In this document: piece after piece, positions 29,792 through 39,492 of the stretch
Numbering within the stretch: the first letter of the stretch is position 1
Layout of the letters: every line of letters begins with the position of its first letter
Source of the DNA: an uncultured Acidobacteriota bacterium
GTDB taxonomy: Bacteria; Acidobacteriota; Thermoanaerobaculia; UBA5066
DNA length: 64,000 bases
Assembly (NCBI GenBank): GCA_963779415.1
Contig: CAVZYA010000001.1
Span: 1,952,001-2,016,000 of the forward strand
Direction of reading: 5' to 3'
The notes under the pieces: generated by a model
Databases searched by the model: none
Told to the model about the DNA's origin: nothing
The model's input: the letters and a program-made list of their open reading frames with translations, nothing else
Translations under genes and position numbers: made by a program

Positions 29792-30654
29792 CGCGTCCCG
29801 CCGCTTCCTCCCGGATCCTTACGGCCGCCCTCGTGGCGGCCGTCGCGTTCCCGATCTTTTCCGCACACGCCTCCGCGGCGGCGAAGAAGAAGAAAAAGAA
29901 GACTCCGGCGCCGACGGCCGTCCCGCGCCCCGACGATCCCAACCAGGTCGCGATCGAGACCGCCGACGGCGTCTCCCTCGCGGCCTCGTGGCGTCCCGTC
30001 CCGGACCGCCCTGGGGCGCCGGCCGTCCTCCTCCTGCACGACTTCTCCCGCGAGAGGCGCGACTGGGAGGCTCTCGCCCCGGAGTTCACGTCACGGGGCC
30101 TCGCGACGCTCGCGATCGACCTCCGGGCCCACGGCGAGTCGACGAAGAAGAACGGCAAGCCGCTCTCGATCTCGCCGCGCCAGATGTCCGACCCGGCCGG
30201 CTTCCCCCGCGACGTCGAGGCCGCGTGCCGGTGGCTCCGGGAGCGGGCGCCGAAGGTCGGCGCCGTCGGGCTCTCTCTCGGCGGGAGCCTCGCCGTTCTC
30301 GCCTCGGCCGGAGGGCTCGTCGACGCCGCCGTCGTCGTCTCGACGAACGCCGACCGGGTCGCCGCCCTCGCCGGCGGCCGCCCCACGGCGGCGCGCGACG
30401 TTCTCTTCATCGCCTCGGAGCGGGCCCCGCAGCGGGCCGAGTCGGCAAACGCTCTCTACGCCGCCGCTGCCGGGCCGAAGCTGCTCCTCCTCGTCCCCGG
30501 CGCCGCGCACAATCTCGTCCTCTTCAGCGAGCATCCCGAAGCGCAGGCCGCGATGTTCGACTGGCTCGTCTCGCACCTCGGCGCGACGCCTCTCCCGACG
30601 ATGAGCGCGCCGACGCCCGTCCCCTCCCCCGTCCCCCCGCCGGCCACGAAGTAA
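29788..30654 (+). CDS. Exported alpha/beta hydrolase
   Basis: LLLHD, IDLRAHGES, GLSLGG nucleophile elbow, GAAH; GTG overlaps upstream stop. Confidence 0.82.
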   Translation: MTRPAASSRILTAALVAAVAFPIFSAHASAAAKKKKKKTPAPTAVPRPDDPNQVAIETADGVSLAASWRPVPDRPGAPAVLLLHDFSRERRDWEALAPEFTSRGLATLAIDLRAHGESTKKNGKPLSISPRQMSDPAGFPRDVEAACRWLRERAPKVGAVGLSLGGSLAVLASAGGLVDAAVVVSTNADRVAALAGGRPTAARDVLFIASERAPQRAESANALYAAAAGPKLLLLVPGAAHNLVLFSEHPEAQAAMFDWLVSHLGATPLPTMSAPTPVPSPVPPPATK

Positions 30655-30670
30655 TAAGCTCGGGCCCGCC

Positions 30671-31375
30671 ATGAAGACCGTCGTCTTCGACATCGAGACG
30701 GTGTCGTTCCCGTGGCTCGACCTCGATCCGATGCTGCGCGAAAAGCTGACGCGAAATGCCGAGGATCACGAGGACTTTCTCCGAAGGAAGAAAGGGGGCG
30801 CGCTTTCGCCCTACATGGGGAAGGTCGTCGTGATCGGGATGCTGAACCCGGAGACGAAGAAGGGAATCGTCTGGTACGAGTCGGAGGGAGAGCGGATCTC
30901 CCGTCCTTCCGATGACGATCTCTTCGAATACGTCGGGGGCGACGAGCGAACGATGCTGGAGGAATTCTGGAGGACCCTGACGCGGTACGACCGCGTCGTG
31001 ACGTTCAACGGGCGGCGATTCGACGGCCCGTTCCTTTCCGTCCGGAGCGCGGTCCACGGCCTGAAGGCCTCGCGGAACCTCGCCGGCTACCGCTACTCCG
31101 TCGAGGACCACCTCGACCTTCTCGAAGCGCTCACCTTCTTCGGCACGACGAGCTGGGACCAGACGCCGACGCTTCATGCCGCCTGCGTGGCGTTCGGCAT
31201 CCCGTCTCCGAAGACCGCGGAAGTCCACGGTTACATGGTCGACGACTTCTACCGGCAGGGGCGGATCCGGGAGATCGCCGACTACTGCCGGCGCGACGTC
31301 GAGGCGACGGCCGAGCTCTTCCGCCGCCTCGATCCGACGCTTCTGCCGCTCTTCCGGAGGCCGAACGACCGATAG
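30671..31375 (+). CDS. PolB-type 3'-5' exonuclease (DEDDy, RNase H-like)
   Basis: FDIET, TFNGRRFDGPFL, HLDL, YCRRDV. Confidence 0.88.
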   Translation: MKTVVFDIETVSFPWLDLDPMLREKLTRNAEDHEDFLRRKKGGALSPYMGKVVVIGMLNPETKKGIVWYESEGERISRPSDDDLFEYVGGDERTMLEEFWRTLTRYDRVVTFNGRRFDGPFLSVRSAVHGLKASRNLAGYRYSVEDHLDLLEALTFFGTTSWDQTPTLHAACVAFGIPSPKTAEVHGYMVDDFYRQGRIREIADYCRRDVEATAELFRRLDPTLLPLFRRPNDR

Positions 31376-31385
31376 CGGTGCTGCT

Positions 31386-31697
31386 TCACCCCTTCGACGA
31401 TCGGGGGCGGCGAAACGCGAGGTTGATCGCCCCCGCGATCGCCGCGAGCGGCAGGCCGACGACGATCGGCTTGTTCAGCGCCCAGGCCGCCGCGACGTTC
31501 CCGTGGAGGAGCTGGTGCATCGCCCGGAGGCTCCCGCAGCCGGGGCACGACCGGCCGAAGATCGTCTTGAACAGGCAGGGGGGATAGAAGCCGTGAGTCG
31601 CCGGATCGAAGAAGTAGAGAACGACGCCGCTGGCGAGGAAGAGGAGAAGAAAGGACAACCGCCGGACGGCGGGTGTCACGCCGACGCAGGCGCGCAC
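31386..31697 (-). CDS. DUF2752 membrane protein
   Basis: PPCLFKTIFGRSCPGCGSLRAMHQLLHG...AWALN; start uncertain. Confidence 0.8.
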   Translation of the reverse strand: MRACVGVTPAVRRLSFLLLFLASGVVLYFFDPATHGFYPPCLFKTIFGRSCPGCGSLRAMHQLLHGNVAAAWALNKPIVVGLPLAAIAGAINLAFRRPRSSKG

Positions 31698-31796
31698 TGT
31701 CTGAGCGAAGCGAGTTCGCGCGCCCAGGAGGCGTGATACCCGCCGTCCAGCCCCCGACGCCCGCGCGCACTGCCCCCGCTACGCGAGTTTGCGGGC
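31664..31796. repeat. Nested stem-loop with tandem REP-like units
   Basis: 19-bp inverted repeat 31664-31682/31730-31748 (one G-T pair); unit CCGACGC-nn-GCGCGCACTG-N10-GCGAGTT at 31681 and 31754. Confidence 0.65.
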
Positions 31797-31833
31797 GAAG
31801 GAGGAGGGATGCCGGCCGCCCGATCCCCTCCCC

Positions 31834-33882
31834 CTACATCATCGCCACGGGCGGAGCGGGCTCGTCGGCCGCGCCGGCCTTCGAGAGCGGGACGAGGATC
31901 AGGTAGAGCGCGAGGATCGCGAAGACGGGGATCGCGAGCCAGCCGGCCACGCCGGCGAAGGCCACGATCTCGGGGAACTTCCCGGCAAAGAAGACGACGG
32001 CCGCCACGCCGAGGCCCATGAGCGCCTCTCCGGCGATGAAGCCCGACGCGACGAGGACTCCCGCGTTCTCCACCCGCGCCTTCTGTGCCGCGTTGTAGCC
32101 GCGCCTCGCCACCGCCCTCTCCACGGCGCCGCGGATCAGGCCGCCGATGAAGATCGCGAACGTGGTCTCGAGAGGAAGGTACATGCCGACCGCGAAGAGC
32201 ATCGGGCTCTTCACCCGCACCATGATGAGCGCGAGCCCCATGGCGATCCCGACGACCACGAGAGGCCAGGCCATTTCCCCGCCGACGATTCCCTGCGAGA
32301 GGGCCGCCATGAGCCCCGCCTGCGGCGCGGGGAGGTTCTTTCCGCCGAAGCCCCCGACCAGCGGGTTCGCCTTCAGGTCGGAGACGTGCAGGATGTAGAG
32401 CGGGAAGAACATCACCGCTCCGGCGACCACGACGCCGATCAGATCCCCGACCTGCATCTTCCACGGCGTGCCGCCGAGGATGTGCCCGACCTTGAGGTCC
32501 TGCAGCATCTCGCCCGCGACCGCCGACGAGACGCAGACGACCGCCGCGACGCCGAGCACGGCCGCGACCCCCTGCGCGCCCTTGACCCCGATGATGACCA
32601 TCGTGAGGGCCGCGACGATCGTCGTCGCGAGCGTGAGGCCCGAGATCGGGTTGTTCGACGAGCCGATCAGCCCGACGAGGTTCCCCGAGACCGCCGCGAA
32701 GAAGAAGCCCGTCACGAGCATGACGAGGGCGGCGAGGAACGCGCCGCCGATGACGCCGGTAAAGTAGAAGTAGAGGCCGATCATCAGGAGGAAAACCAGC
32801 GCGATGCCCGAGAGGACCGTCTTGAAGCTCAGGTCGCGTTCGGTCCGCTGCGTCGACTGCGAGGCCGCCGCCGACTTCTGGACGTCCTGCACGCCGCGTT
32901 TGATCCCGATCGCGAGGTTCTTCCGCATCCGGAAGAGCGTGTAGCAGGCGCCGACGAGCATCCCGCCGACGGCGATCGGCTTGACGATGTAACGATAGAG
33001 GTCCGAGGTCAGGAGGGCCCACGCCCGCGCCTGGTCGCCGGCGGCGCCCGCGAGGTACGAATCGATGCGCGAGGGCCCCAGGAAGAAGATGAGAAGGGGA
33101 ACGAAGAGGCCCCAGGAGAGCACCCCTCCGGCGAAGTTCAGCGCGCCGAGCTCGGGACCGATGATGTAACCGACGCCGATGTAGGCAGGTGTCGCGGCGG
33201 GCGCCGAAAGCGTCGTCACGCCGCCGGCGGCGATCGTCTTCGCGTCCTTCGTCATGCCAAGGCGGACGAAGCTCTCCTTCCACTTCCCGACCGACATCTG
33301 GAAGTCGTTCGACGAGTGAAAGACCGCGAGCGCGTCGAGGAGCTTGATCAGCGCGCCGATGCCCATCGCCTTGAAGAGCTGCAGGGCCGCGTCGGCGCCG
33401 CGCTGGCCGGCCTTGTGGATCTCGGATGCGGCGACGGACTCGGGGAAGGGCAGCGACGCGTCCTCGACCATCACGCGGCGGAGGATCGTCACGAACAGGA
33501 TTCCGAGGATGCCGCCCACGATCATCAGAGCCGTGGCCGTCACGTACTCCGGGAGCTGGAAGCCCTTGAACTGCCACATGTTCAGGATCACGAACGCCGG
33601 GATCGTGAAGATCGCCCCGGCCGCCACCGACTCGCCGATGGAGCCGACGGTCCGGGCGAAGTTCTCCTCCAGGAGCGACCCCTTCATGACCCTCAGCACG
33701 GCCATGCCGATCACGGCCGCCGGGTAGGTCGCGGCGATCGTCATGCCGGCCTTCAGGCCCAGGTAGGCGTTGGCCGCGCCGAGGATCACGCACATCACGA
33801 GCCCGAGGAAGAGCGCCCGCGCGGTGAACTCCCTCATCGTCGACTCGGCCGGGACGAACGGCTTGAACTCCTTGTCGCTCAT
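31834..33882 (-). CDS. OPT family oligopeptide transporter
   Basis: AANAYLGLKAGMT, FPESVA, SSNNPISG, LQDLKVGH, PAPQA. Confidence 0.92.
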   Translation of the reverse strand: MSDKEFKPFVPAESTMREFTARALFLGLVMCVILGAANAYLGLKAGMTIAATYPAAVIGMAVLRVMKGSLLEENFARTVGSIGESVAAGAIFTIPAFVILNMWQFKGFQLPEYVTATALMIVGGILGILFVTILRRVMVEDASLPFPESVAASEIHKAGQRGADAALQLFKAMGIGALIKLLDALAVFHSSNDFQMSVGKWKESFVRLGMTKDAKTIAAGGVTTLSAPAATPAYIGVGYIIGPELGALNFAGGVLSWGLFVPLLIFFLGPSRIDSYLAGAAGDQARAWALLTSDLYRYIVKPIAVGGMLVGACYTLFRMRKNLAIGIKRGVQDVQKSAAASQSTQRTERDLSFKTVLSGIALVFLLMIGLYFYFTGVIGGAFLAALVMLVTGFFFAAVSGNLVGLIGSSNNPISGLTLATTIVAALTMVIIGVKGAQGVAAVLGVAAVVCVSSAVAGEMLQDLKVGHILGGTPWKMQVGDLIGVVVAGAVMFFPLYILHVSDLKANPLVGGFGGKNLPAPQAGLMAALSQGIVGGEMAWPLVVVGIAMGLALIMVRVKSPMLFAVGMYLPLETTFAIFIGGLIRGAVERAVARRGYNAAQKARVENAGVLVASGFIAGEALMGLGVAAVVFFAGKFPEIVAFAGVAGWLAIPVFAILALYLILVPLSKAGAADEPAPPVAMM

Positions 33883-34101
33883 GTACGGACTCAACCTCCC
33901 GCGGGACGCACGCGCCGGTCGCGGCCGGCGGCCCGCGATTCGTTCGTTCGGATGCGGGCGGGAGTCTGACATTCCTTCCGTCCGGCTGTCTAACGCGCCG
34001 AAGAGGGGTCTATACTTCCTCGAAGAAAGCCCCGGATCCCAAGGCTCCCGGCATCGCCCGAGGGCGGAGGTTCGGGTGCCGACCCTTCCAGGAGGCTACA
34101 G

Positions 34102-34512
34102 ATGAACCGCACCGTCGTCGTTCTCGCGGACGATCTCTTCTGGAAAACGAAGATCGACCACGCGGCGAAATCCGCGCAGTCGCCCACCGTCTTCATTTCC
34201 GACCCCGCTGCCCTCGTGAAGGAAGCCGGGGCCGGGAAGACGGCCCTCGTCCTCGTCGACCTCGCCCTCAGGCCCGAGCCCTTTTCCGCCATCGCGGCGC
34301 TGAAGAAGAGCGCGAAGACGAAGGGGATTCACGTCGTGGGCTGGTACGAGCACGTCCGGAAGGACCTGGAGAAGAAGGGGACGGAGGCCGGCTGCAACCA
34401 GCTGATGCCGCGCTCCACCTTTTCGCAGAACCTCGCCGACCTGATCATGACCTACGCTCTCCCGGGCGGCGTGCGGGCGGAAGAAGAAGAGAAGGAACTT
34501 CCCGAGGAATGA
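34102..34512 (+). CDS. Atypical single-domain response regulator receiver
   Basis: VVLADD and VLVDL acidic pocket; the conserved Thr and Lys appear replaced (YEH, PRS). Confidence 0.65.
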   Translation: MNRTVVVLADDLFWKTKIDHAAKSAQSPTVFISDPAALVKEAGAGKTALVLVDLALRPEPFSAIAALKKSAKTKGIHVVGWYEHVRKDLEKKGTEAGCNQLMPRSTFSQNLADLIMTYALPGGVRAEEEEKELPEE

Positions 34513-34607
34513 GGGGACCAGGGACCACGGGGGATTTCTTCTAAAGGTAATCGGGCTCCAGGAACGCCGGGGCGCTCGTCGCAGCGCTCCGATTCAAGTG
34601 AGGGCGC

Positions 34608-35678
34608 ATGAGCCGAGCCACCCGCCGACGTTTTCTACTCACGACCGCCGCCGCCTCTGCCGCCGCTCTCGTCTCTTCACCTTTCGAAGAATCCTCGGCC
34701 GGCGCGCAAGCGCCGGCTCCCTCCCAGCCCCCCTCCCCCTCCGCGGATCCCGGCTACGTCCTCGTCACGTCCGCCAACGGCTTCGAGGCCGCGAAGGCCG
34801 CGCGGCAGGCGCTGATCCAGGGGTACGACCCGCTCGACGCTGCCATCGCCGGCGTCAACATCCCCGAGCTGGATCCGAACGACATGACCGTCGGCTACGG
34901 CGGCATCCCGAACGAAGAGGGGGTCGTCCAGCTCGACGCCTGCGTCATGGACGGCCGCACCATGCGCGCCGGAGCCGTCGGGGCGCTGGAGGGGGTCAAG
35001 ACCGCGTCGAAGGTCGCGAAGCTCGTCATGGACCGGACCGACCGCGTCTTCCTCGTCGGCGCGGGGGCGCGGAAGTTCGCCACGGCCCACGGCTTTCCGG
35101 TCGAGGACCTCCTGACCGAGAAGACCCGGAAGATCTGGCTCTACTGGAAGGAGCGCCTCTCGGACAGCGACGACTGGATCGAGTCGGCGAAGGAAGCGGA
35201 AGACCCCGCCATCCAGGAGTTCATCAGAAAGTACGGCAACGCCGATTTCCGCCCGCAGGGGACCATCCACATGTCCGTCCGCTCGGCGAAGGGGGACCTC
35301 GTCGGCGTCACCACCACCTGCGGCCTCTTCTTCAAGATCCCCGGCCGCGTCGGCGACTCCGCCGTCGTCGGCGCCGGCATCTACAGCGAGAACGGCGTCG
35401 GAAGCGCCGGGTCGACAGGGCGCGGCGAGGCCAACCTCGTCACCTGCGGCTCCCACACCGTCGTCGAGTTCCTGCGGCAGGGGAAGAGCCCGGAAGAGGC
35501 CTGCCTCCTCGCCCTGAAGCGGATCGACGAAAAGACCCACCGGGTCCCCCGCCACCGCGACGCGCAGGGCCGTCCCAGGTTCCAGGTCAACTTCTACTGC
35601 GTCGACGCCAAGGGCCGCACCGCCGGCGCCGGCATCTGGAGCGGCGCAAGTACGTCGTCGGCGACAACGAGGGCGTGA
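34608..35678 (+). CDS. Tat-exported Ntn-hydrolase, asparaginase-2 / N4-(beta-N-acetylglucosaminyl)-L-asparaginase family
   Basis: TRRRFL Tat motif, VGYGG.PN, LDACVMDG, GTI, PGRVGDS, TGRGE; C-terminus probably frameshifted (true end ~35716). Confidence 0.88.
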   Translation: MSRATRRRFLLTTAAASAAALVSSPFEESSAGAQAPAPSQPPSPSADPGYVLVTSANGFEAAKAARQALIQGYDPLDAAIAGVNIPELDPNDMTVGYGGIPNEEGVVQLDACVMDGRTMRAGAVGALEGVKTASKVAKLVMDRTDRVFLVGAGARKFATAHGFPVEDLLTEKTRKIWLYWKERLSDSDDWIESAKEAEDPAIQEFIRKYGNADFRPQGTIHMSVRSAKGDLVGVTTTCGLFFKIPGRVGDSAVVGAGIYSENGVGSAGSTGRGEANLVTCGSHTVVEFLRQGKSPEEACLLALKRIDEKTHRVPRHRDAQGRPRFQVNFYCVDAKGRTAGAGIWSGASTSSATTRA

Positions 35679-35750
35679 GGATGCGTGGAGTCGGCGTGGC
35701 TGTACAAGAGATCCTAATCGCCTCAATCGCATCGTGAGGATGGTCTCCCG

Positions 35751-37235
35751 ATGAAAGAGCTCCTCGATCTCGTCTACAAGAAGCGATCCGACTGGAATGA
35801 TGACGTTCGCCTGGCGTTTGATACGGCTCTCAGGGTCCGATTCCCTCGAGTTCAGGACCTGACAAAGAGAAGTAGCGACGAGAAGCGCTTTCAGCTTCGG
35901 CTAAACGCTTCAACCCAGGACGACTCTGTGCCGTACGCGGCACTCATTCCCCCTGGCCAAGAGCTGAGTGGTCCATACGGCGGAATGAGCTTCGTGATTT
36001 TTCCGGCAGATGAGGATGGAGACCCTGCACTGATCAGCATGGTCGTCGGAACAAACGGGCTTGCACCCGACGAGGCCGTCCTCGGCAGGCCCGGGCATGG
36101 AAGAAAGTGCACGGCGATCGCGAGCTGGCTCAACGCATCCAAGAAAGGGACTTTCGCTTGGGCGAAGCGTGACCCCGTTCGTATTGACTTAGAACTCCCG
36201 AGCACTGTGCGGCAAGAGCTGGCCGCGTGGGAGAAGGCATGCAGCCGATACGGGCGGGTCATCTATGCGGTCTTCGCTCCGCCGCGAAAGCGATCGCCGA
36301 AGAGCGACGAAGCGGCTCTTCAGGCACTTGGCGCATTCGTGGATCTGTTCTTCGCCGAACGCGGCATCGACCCGAAGGCCGCCGCCCTTGAAGAGTCACA
36401 GAGTATTCGCCGCGAATACCTGACCCATGTCTTACCTGCTGTAACTGACACGGAGGTTCGGGAACTTCTTGAAACGCGCCGCTTCGTTGTCATCGAAGGC
36501 CCGCCGGGAACCGGCAAGACCGAGATGGCAAGGCGCCTACTAAGAGATGCCTATAGAAGCCACGGGAATGAGATCCAGTTTCACCCCGGCACCACCTATG
36601 AATCGTTCATCGGCGGCCTCTCCCCGCGGGAGGGAGGAGGAATGGGCTTCACCTTCGCGCCGACAGCGGGGCATCTCATTCGAGCAGCCGTCGAGGCGAA
36701 GAAGAACCCAAAGAAGTCATACCTCCTCGTCATTGACGAGATCAACCGTGCGGACTTGGGGAAGATTCTCGGCGAAGCGATCTATCTCTTCGAGCCCAAA
36801 CATCCAGATCGGCGAGTGCGGCTGCCTTATGAGTTCCCGGAGATCGGGAGCGACTTCCTTCTTCCAGAAAACGTTCACGTCCTGGGGACGATGAATAGTG
36901 CTGATCGGAGCATTGCGATTCTGGATGTCGCGATTCGCCGAAGATTCGCATTTGTTCAACTCTGGCCACAACTTGAAGTCGTTCAGAGGCTCTCCGGTGA
37001 ACGACTGCAGAGGGCATTCGAGCAGCTGCAGGGGATCTTCATCGAACACGCCTCGGCGGACGCACTGCCGCTGATGCCCGGCCACGCCTATTTTCTTGGG
37101 ACAGACGATCAGGCGAATTCGCGATTGAGCACCGAAGTGCGTCCGCTCTTGGAGGAGTACCTCGCGCAGGGATATGTCGCCGGCTTCGCGGACGAGATCC
37201 GCGCGTACATCGATCTCATCGCACAGCGATACTGA
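35751..37235 (+). CDS. mcrB: McrB-like AAA+ GTPase of a type IV restriction system
   Basis: GPPGTGKT, IQFHP..TYE.FI, IDEINR, GTMNSAD (NxxD), AIRRRF; lower GC3 than flanks. Confidence 0.88.
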   Translation: MKELLDLVYKKRSDWNDDVRLAFDTALRVRFPRVQDLTKRSSDEKRFQLRLNASTQDDSVPYAALIPPGQELSGPYGGMSFVIFPADEDGDPALISMVVGTNGLAPDEAVLGRPGHGRKCTAIASWLNASKKGTFAWAKRDPVRIDLELPSTVRQELAAWEKACSRYGRVIYAVFAPPRKRSPKSDEAALQALGAFVDLFFAERGIDPKAAALEESQSIRREYLTHVLPAVTDTEVRELLETRRFVVIEGPPGTGKTEMARRLLRDAYRSHGNEIQFHPGTTYESFIGGLSPREGGGMGFTFAPTAGHLIRAAVEAKKNPKKSYLLVIDEINRADLGKILGEAIYLFEPKHPDRRVRLPYEFPEIGSDFLLPENVHVLGTMNSADRSIAILDVAIRRRFAFVQLWPQLEVVQRLSGERLQRAFEQLQGIFIEHASADALPLMPGHAYFLGTDDQANSRLSTEVRPLLEEYLAQGYVAGFADEIRAYIDLIAQRY

Positions 37236-37237
37236 GA

Positions 37238-38689
37238 ATGGCAAGGAGGGGTCGTCCATTACTGACGAGTCCAGCCGTCCGCTCGGTCGGCGGCGGAGCT
37301 CGGTCCGTCATGGACTCGACCCTCTCTTTCATTCCGGCAGAGGACTGGCTCGGTAGCGAGGGAAGCGACCGCGCCGCATCGGCCGAACGACGCGCAGAGG
37401 CGCTCGTCCAAACGAATATCGGACTCCTGCGTGACTTCGGGGTCTCTGCCTCGGTCGCGCGCCGACGCGGTGAGCCGGGCCTGGCTCTGCAGACTTCGAG
37501 CCGCGTAGGAGCTCTTCCCCTCCTATCTCCAGTCACCGGCCGCCCTGACCTCGGGCTCGTGATCGAGCCGCGCTTCCGATGGGCTTCGGTGGGCGAGATG
37601 CTCGCCGGCATGGGATTCCGGGTTGTCCCCGACCTGCTGCCTCTTCCCGAACTACCACAATCGGAACGTCGGATTCCGCCGTGGGTTCTTTCAAGCATCG
37701 TTCTCGCACGACTTCAGCGGCTCCTGCAGACTCTCACCCGCCGTTTCGAGATCGTGACCGCCGACCGACGTGCGCCTCAAGGGGCAGTCCAGTGGAATAC
37801 CTACCTATCCCGTCGACTTCCACACGGGCTGGCACTCGATGTTCCGTGCCGGCTTCCAGACCTCCGGCATGACGAGGAGCTTCGATCCGCTATGCGGTGG
37901 GTCATAGCCAGTCATCGGGCGTCGCTGCTCGGCCAGAACGCGGCTGGTGTCGTTGTTCGTGAACTCATCGCCCTCTGCGACGAACTGCTCTCGCGACTCG
38001 GGAACGCGATCCCTCGCGTTCCGAGCGCCAGCTTTCGCGGTCGAGTGCGCCGCCAGCCTCTCTCGAGTCGAATCTTCCGAGAGGGAATTCAAGCCATTGA
38101 GTGGACCGCGGACGAACGCGGCCTCGCGGGTCTCTCCGACCTTTCCGGCCTTCCGTGGCGATTGGACATGGAGGTCTTCTTCGAGGCTTGGGTTGAGACG
38201 GTGGCTGAATCTGCCGCCCGTCGGACGGGAGCCACGCTGGAGGTGGGACGACGAGAGCAGACACGAATCCCGATTGACTGGAATCCACCTTCATTAGGCT
38301 CACAGCGCTCTCTGGTTCCAGACGTCGTGCTCAAGCGAGAGGATGTAGTAGTAGTCCTCGATGCGAAGTACAAACGCCACGCGGAGCAGATCGAACATCT
38401 GGGCTGGCATGACGTCGACCCAACCATTCGGGATGAACATCGGAACGACGTCCTACAAGCTCTTGCCTATTCCACACTGTTCGACGCGCCTCGCGTCGTC
38501 GCTTGTCTGGCGTATCCCGCAGCGCCGTCGACATGGGAGGAACTCAGGCGTCGGGACCGTGTTCTCTCCCGTGCTCACGTACGGACGGGAAGTCGGCGAA
38601 TTGAGCTCGCGCTACTGGCGGTGCCGCTTTCTGGCCGAGCAGGGCCTCCCGGAGAGATTCTCGAAGAGCTTGTCCGTAGGGCAGCGTAG
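37238..38689 (+). CDS. mcrC: McrC-like PD-(D/E)xK endonuclease
   Basis: DMEVFFEAWV, LVPDVV, VLDAKYK, DVLQALAY; 2 bp after mcrB. Confidence 0.85.
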   Translation: MARRGRPLLTSPAVRSVGGGARSVMDSTLSFIPAEDWLGSEGSDRAASAERRAEALVQTNIGLLRDFGVSASVARRRGEPGLALQTSSRVGALPLLSPVTGRPDLGLVIEPRFRWASVGEMLAGMGFRVVPDLLPLPELPQSERRIPPWVLSSIVLARLQRLLQTLTRRFEIVTADRRAPQGAVQWNTYLSRRLPHGLALDVPCRLPDLRHDEELRSAMRWVIASHRASLLGQNAAGVVVRELIALCDELLSRLGNAIPRVPSASFRGRVRRQPLSSRIFREGIQAIEWTADERGLAGLSDLSGLPWRLDMEVFFEAWVETVAESAARRTGATLEVGRREQTRIPIDWNPPSLGSQRSLVPDVVLKREDVVVVLDAKYKRHAEQIEHLGWHDVDPTIRDEHRNDVLQALAYSTLFDAPRVVACLAYPAAPSTWEELRRRDRVLSRAHVRTGSRRIELALLAVPLSGRAGPPGEILEELVRRAA

Positions 38690-38873
38690 CCCGCGTTCGG
38701 CGCAACGCCCGCTCTCTTTACAGAAGACCTACCGCTTCAATTCGCCCATCACTCCCACCGCCGTCGCCACCGGTCGCTCGAGGCCGGGGAAGCGGTCGTG
38801 GATGGGGACGTTGAGGACGCGGAGGCCGATGGAGAGGAGGCGGGCGACGAGAGTGGCTCCGGCCCAAACGGAA

Positions 38874-38918
38874 TTGACCACGTCAACGGAAACCTGTACG
38901 TTGTTCCTGTACAGGAGG
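38874..38918 (+). promoter_or_regulatory. yefM-yoeB promoter/operator
   Basis: TTGACC-N17-TACGTT; TGTACG (38895) and TGTACA (38908) match the YefM TGTACA operator core; AGGAGG RBS. Confidence 0.7.
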
Positions 38919-38923
38919 CGATT

Positions 38924-39208
38924 GTGCGATCCGAAACGACCTACACACATGCTAGGGCGAACCTGGCCGCCCTTTGCGATGCGGTGGCCTCCAGCCGGGA
39001 GGCCGTCGTCATCCACCGGCGCGGCGCCGAGGACGTGGCTCTTGTCTCGGCGGCGGAGCTGCGGAGCCTGATGGAGACGGCGCACCTTCTCCGTTCGCCC
39101 CGAAACGCCGCGCGCCTGCTGACGGCTCTCGCCCGGGCCCGTGGTCGGAGGCGTCGTCCTTCGTCCGTAGCGAAGCTCCGGAAGGAGCTGGGGCTTGACG
39201 TCGGCTGA
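38924..39208 (+). CDS. yefM: YefM/Phd antitoxin
   Basis: TTYTHARANLA, VIHRRG, SLMETAHLLRSPRNAARL; GTG after AGGAGG. Confidence 0.9.
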   Translation: MRSETTYTHARANLAALCDAVASSREAVVIHRRGAEDVALVSAAELRSLMETAHLLRSPRNAARLLTALARARGRRRRPSSVAKLRKELGLDVG

Positions 39209-39479
39209 CGAAAGCTCGCGGCGGCGCGCCGCGGTTTTCCATCCCGAGTTCCGCGAGGATCTCCGGTTCTGGGTCGAGAACGACCGGAAGGTCGCCCTGC
39301 GGGCGCTGTCCCTCGTCGAGGCCATCCTCCGGGATCCCTTTGCGGGAATCGGAAAGTCCGAGCCCCTGAAGCATCTCGCGGCGGGGGCGTGGTCCCGGCG
39401 ACTGACGGAAGAGCACCGGATCGTCTACCTCGTCCAGTACGACCGGATCGACTTCCTGCAGGCGCGCTACCACTACTGA
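39195..39479 (+). CDS. yoeB: Txe/YoeB ribosome-dependent mRNase toxin
   Basis: DPFAGIGKSEPLKH, WSRRLTEEHRIVY, QARYHY. Confidence 0.92.
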   Translation: MTSADESSRRRAAVFHPEFREDLRFWVENDRKVALRALSLVEAILRDPFAGIGKSEPLKHLAAGAWSRRLTEEHRIVYLVQYDRIDFLQARYHY

Positions 39480-39492
39480 GAGGCCGGCGACC

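Noticed and set aside
38798-38923. Acidic N-terminal extension on YefM
   Set aside because: Promoter, operator and RBS point to the GTG at 38924.
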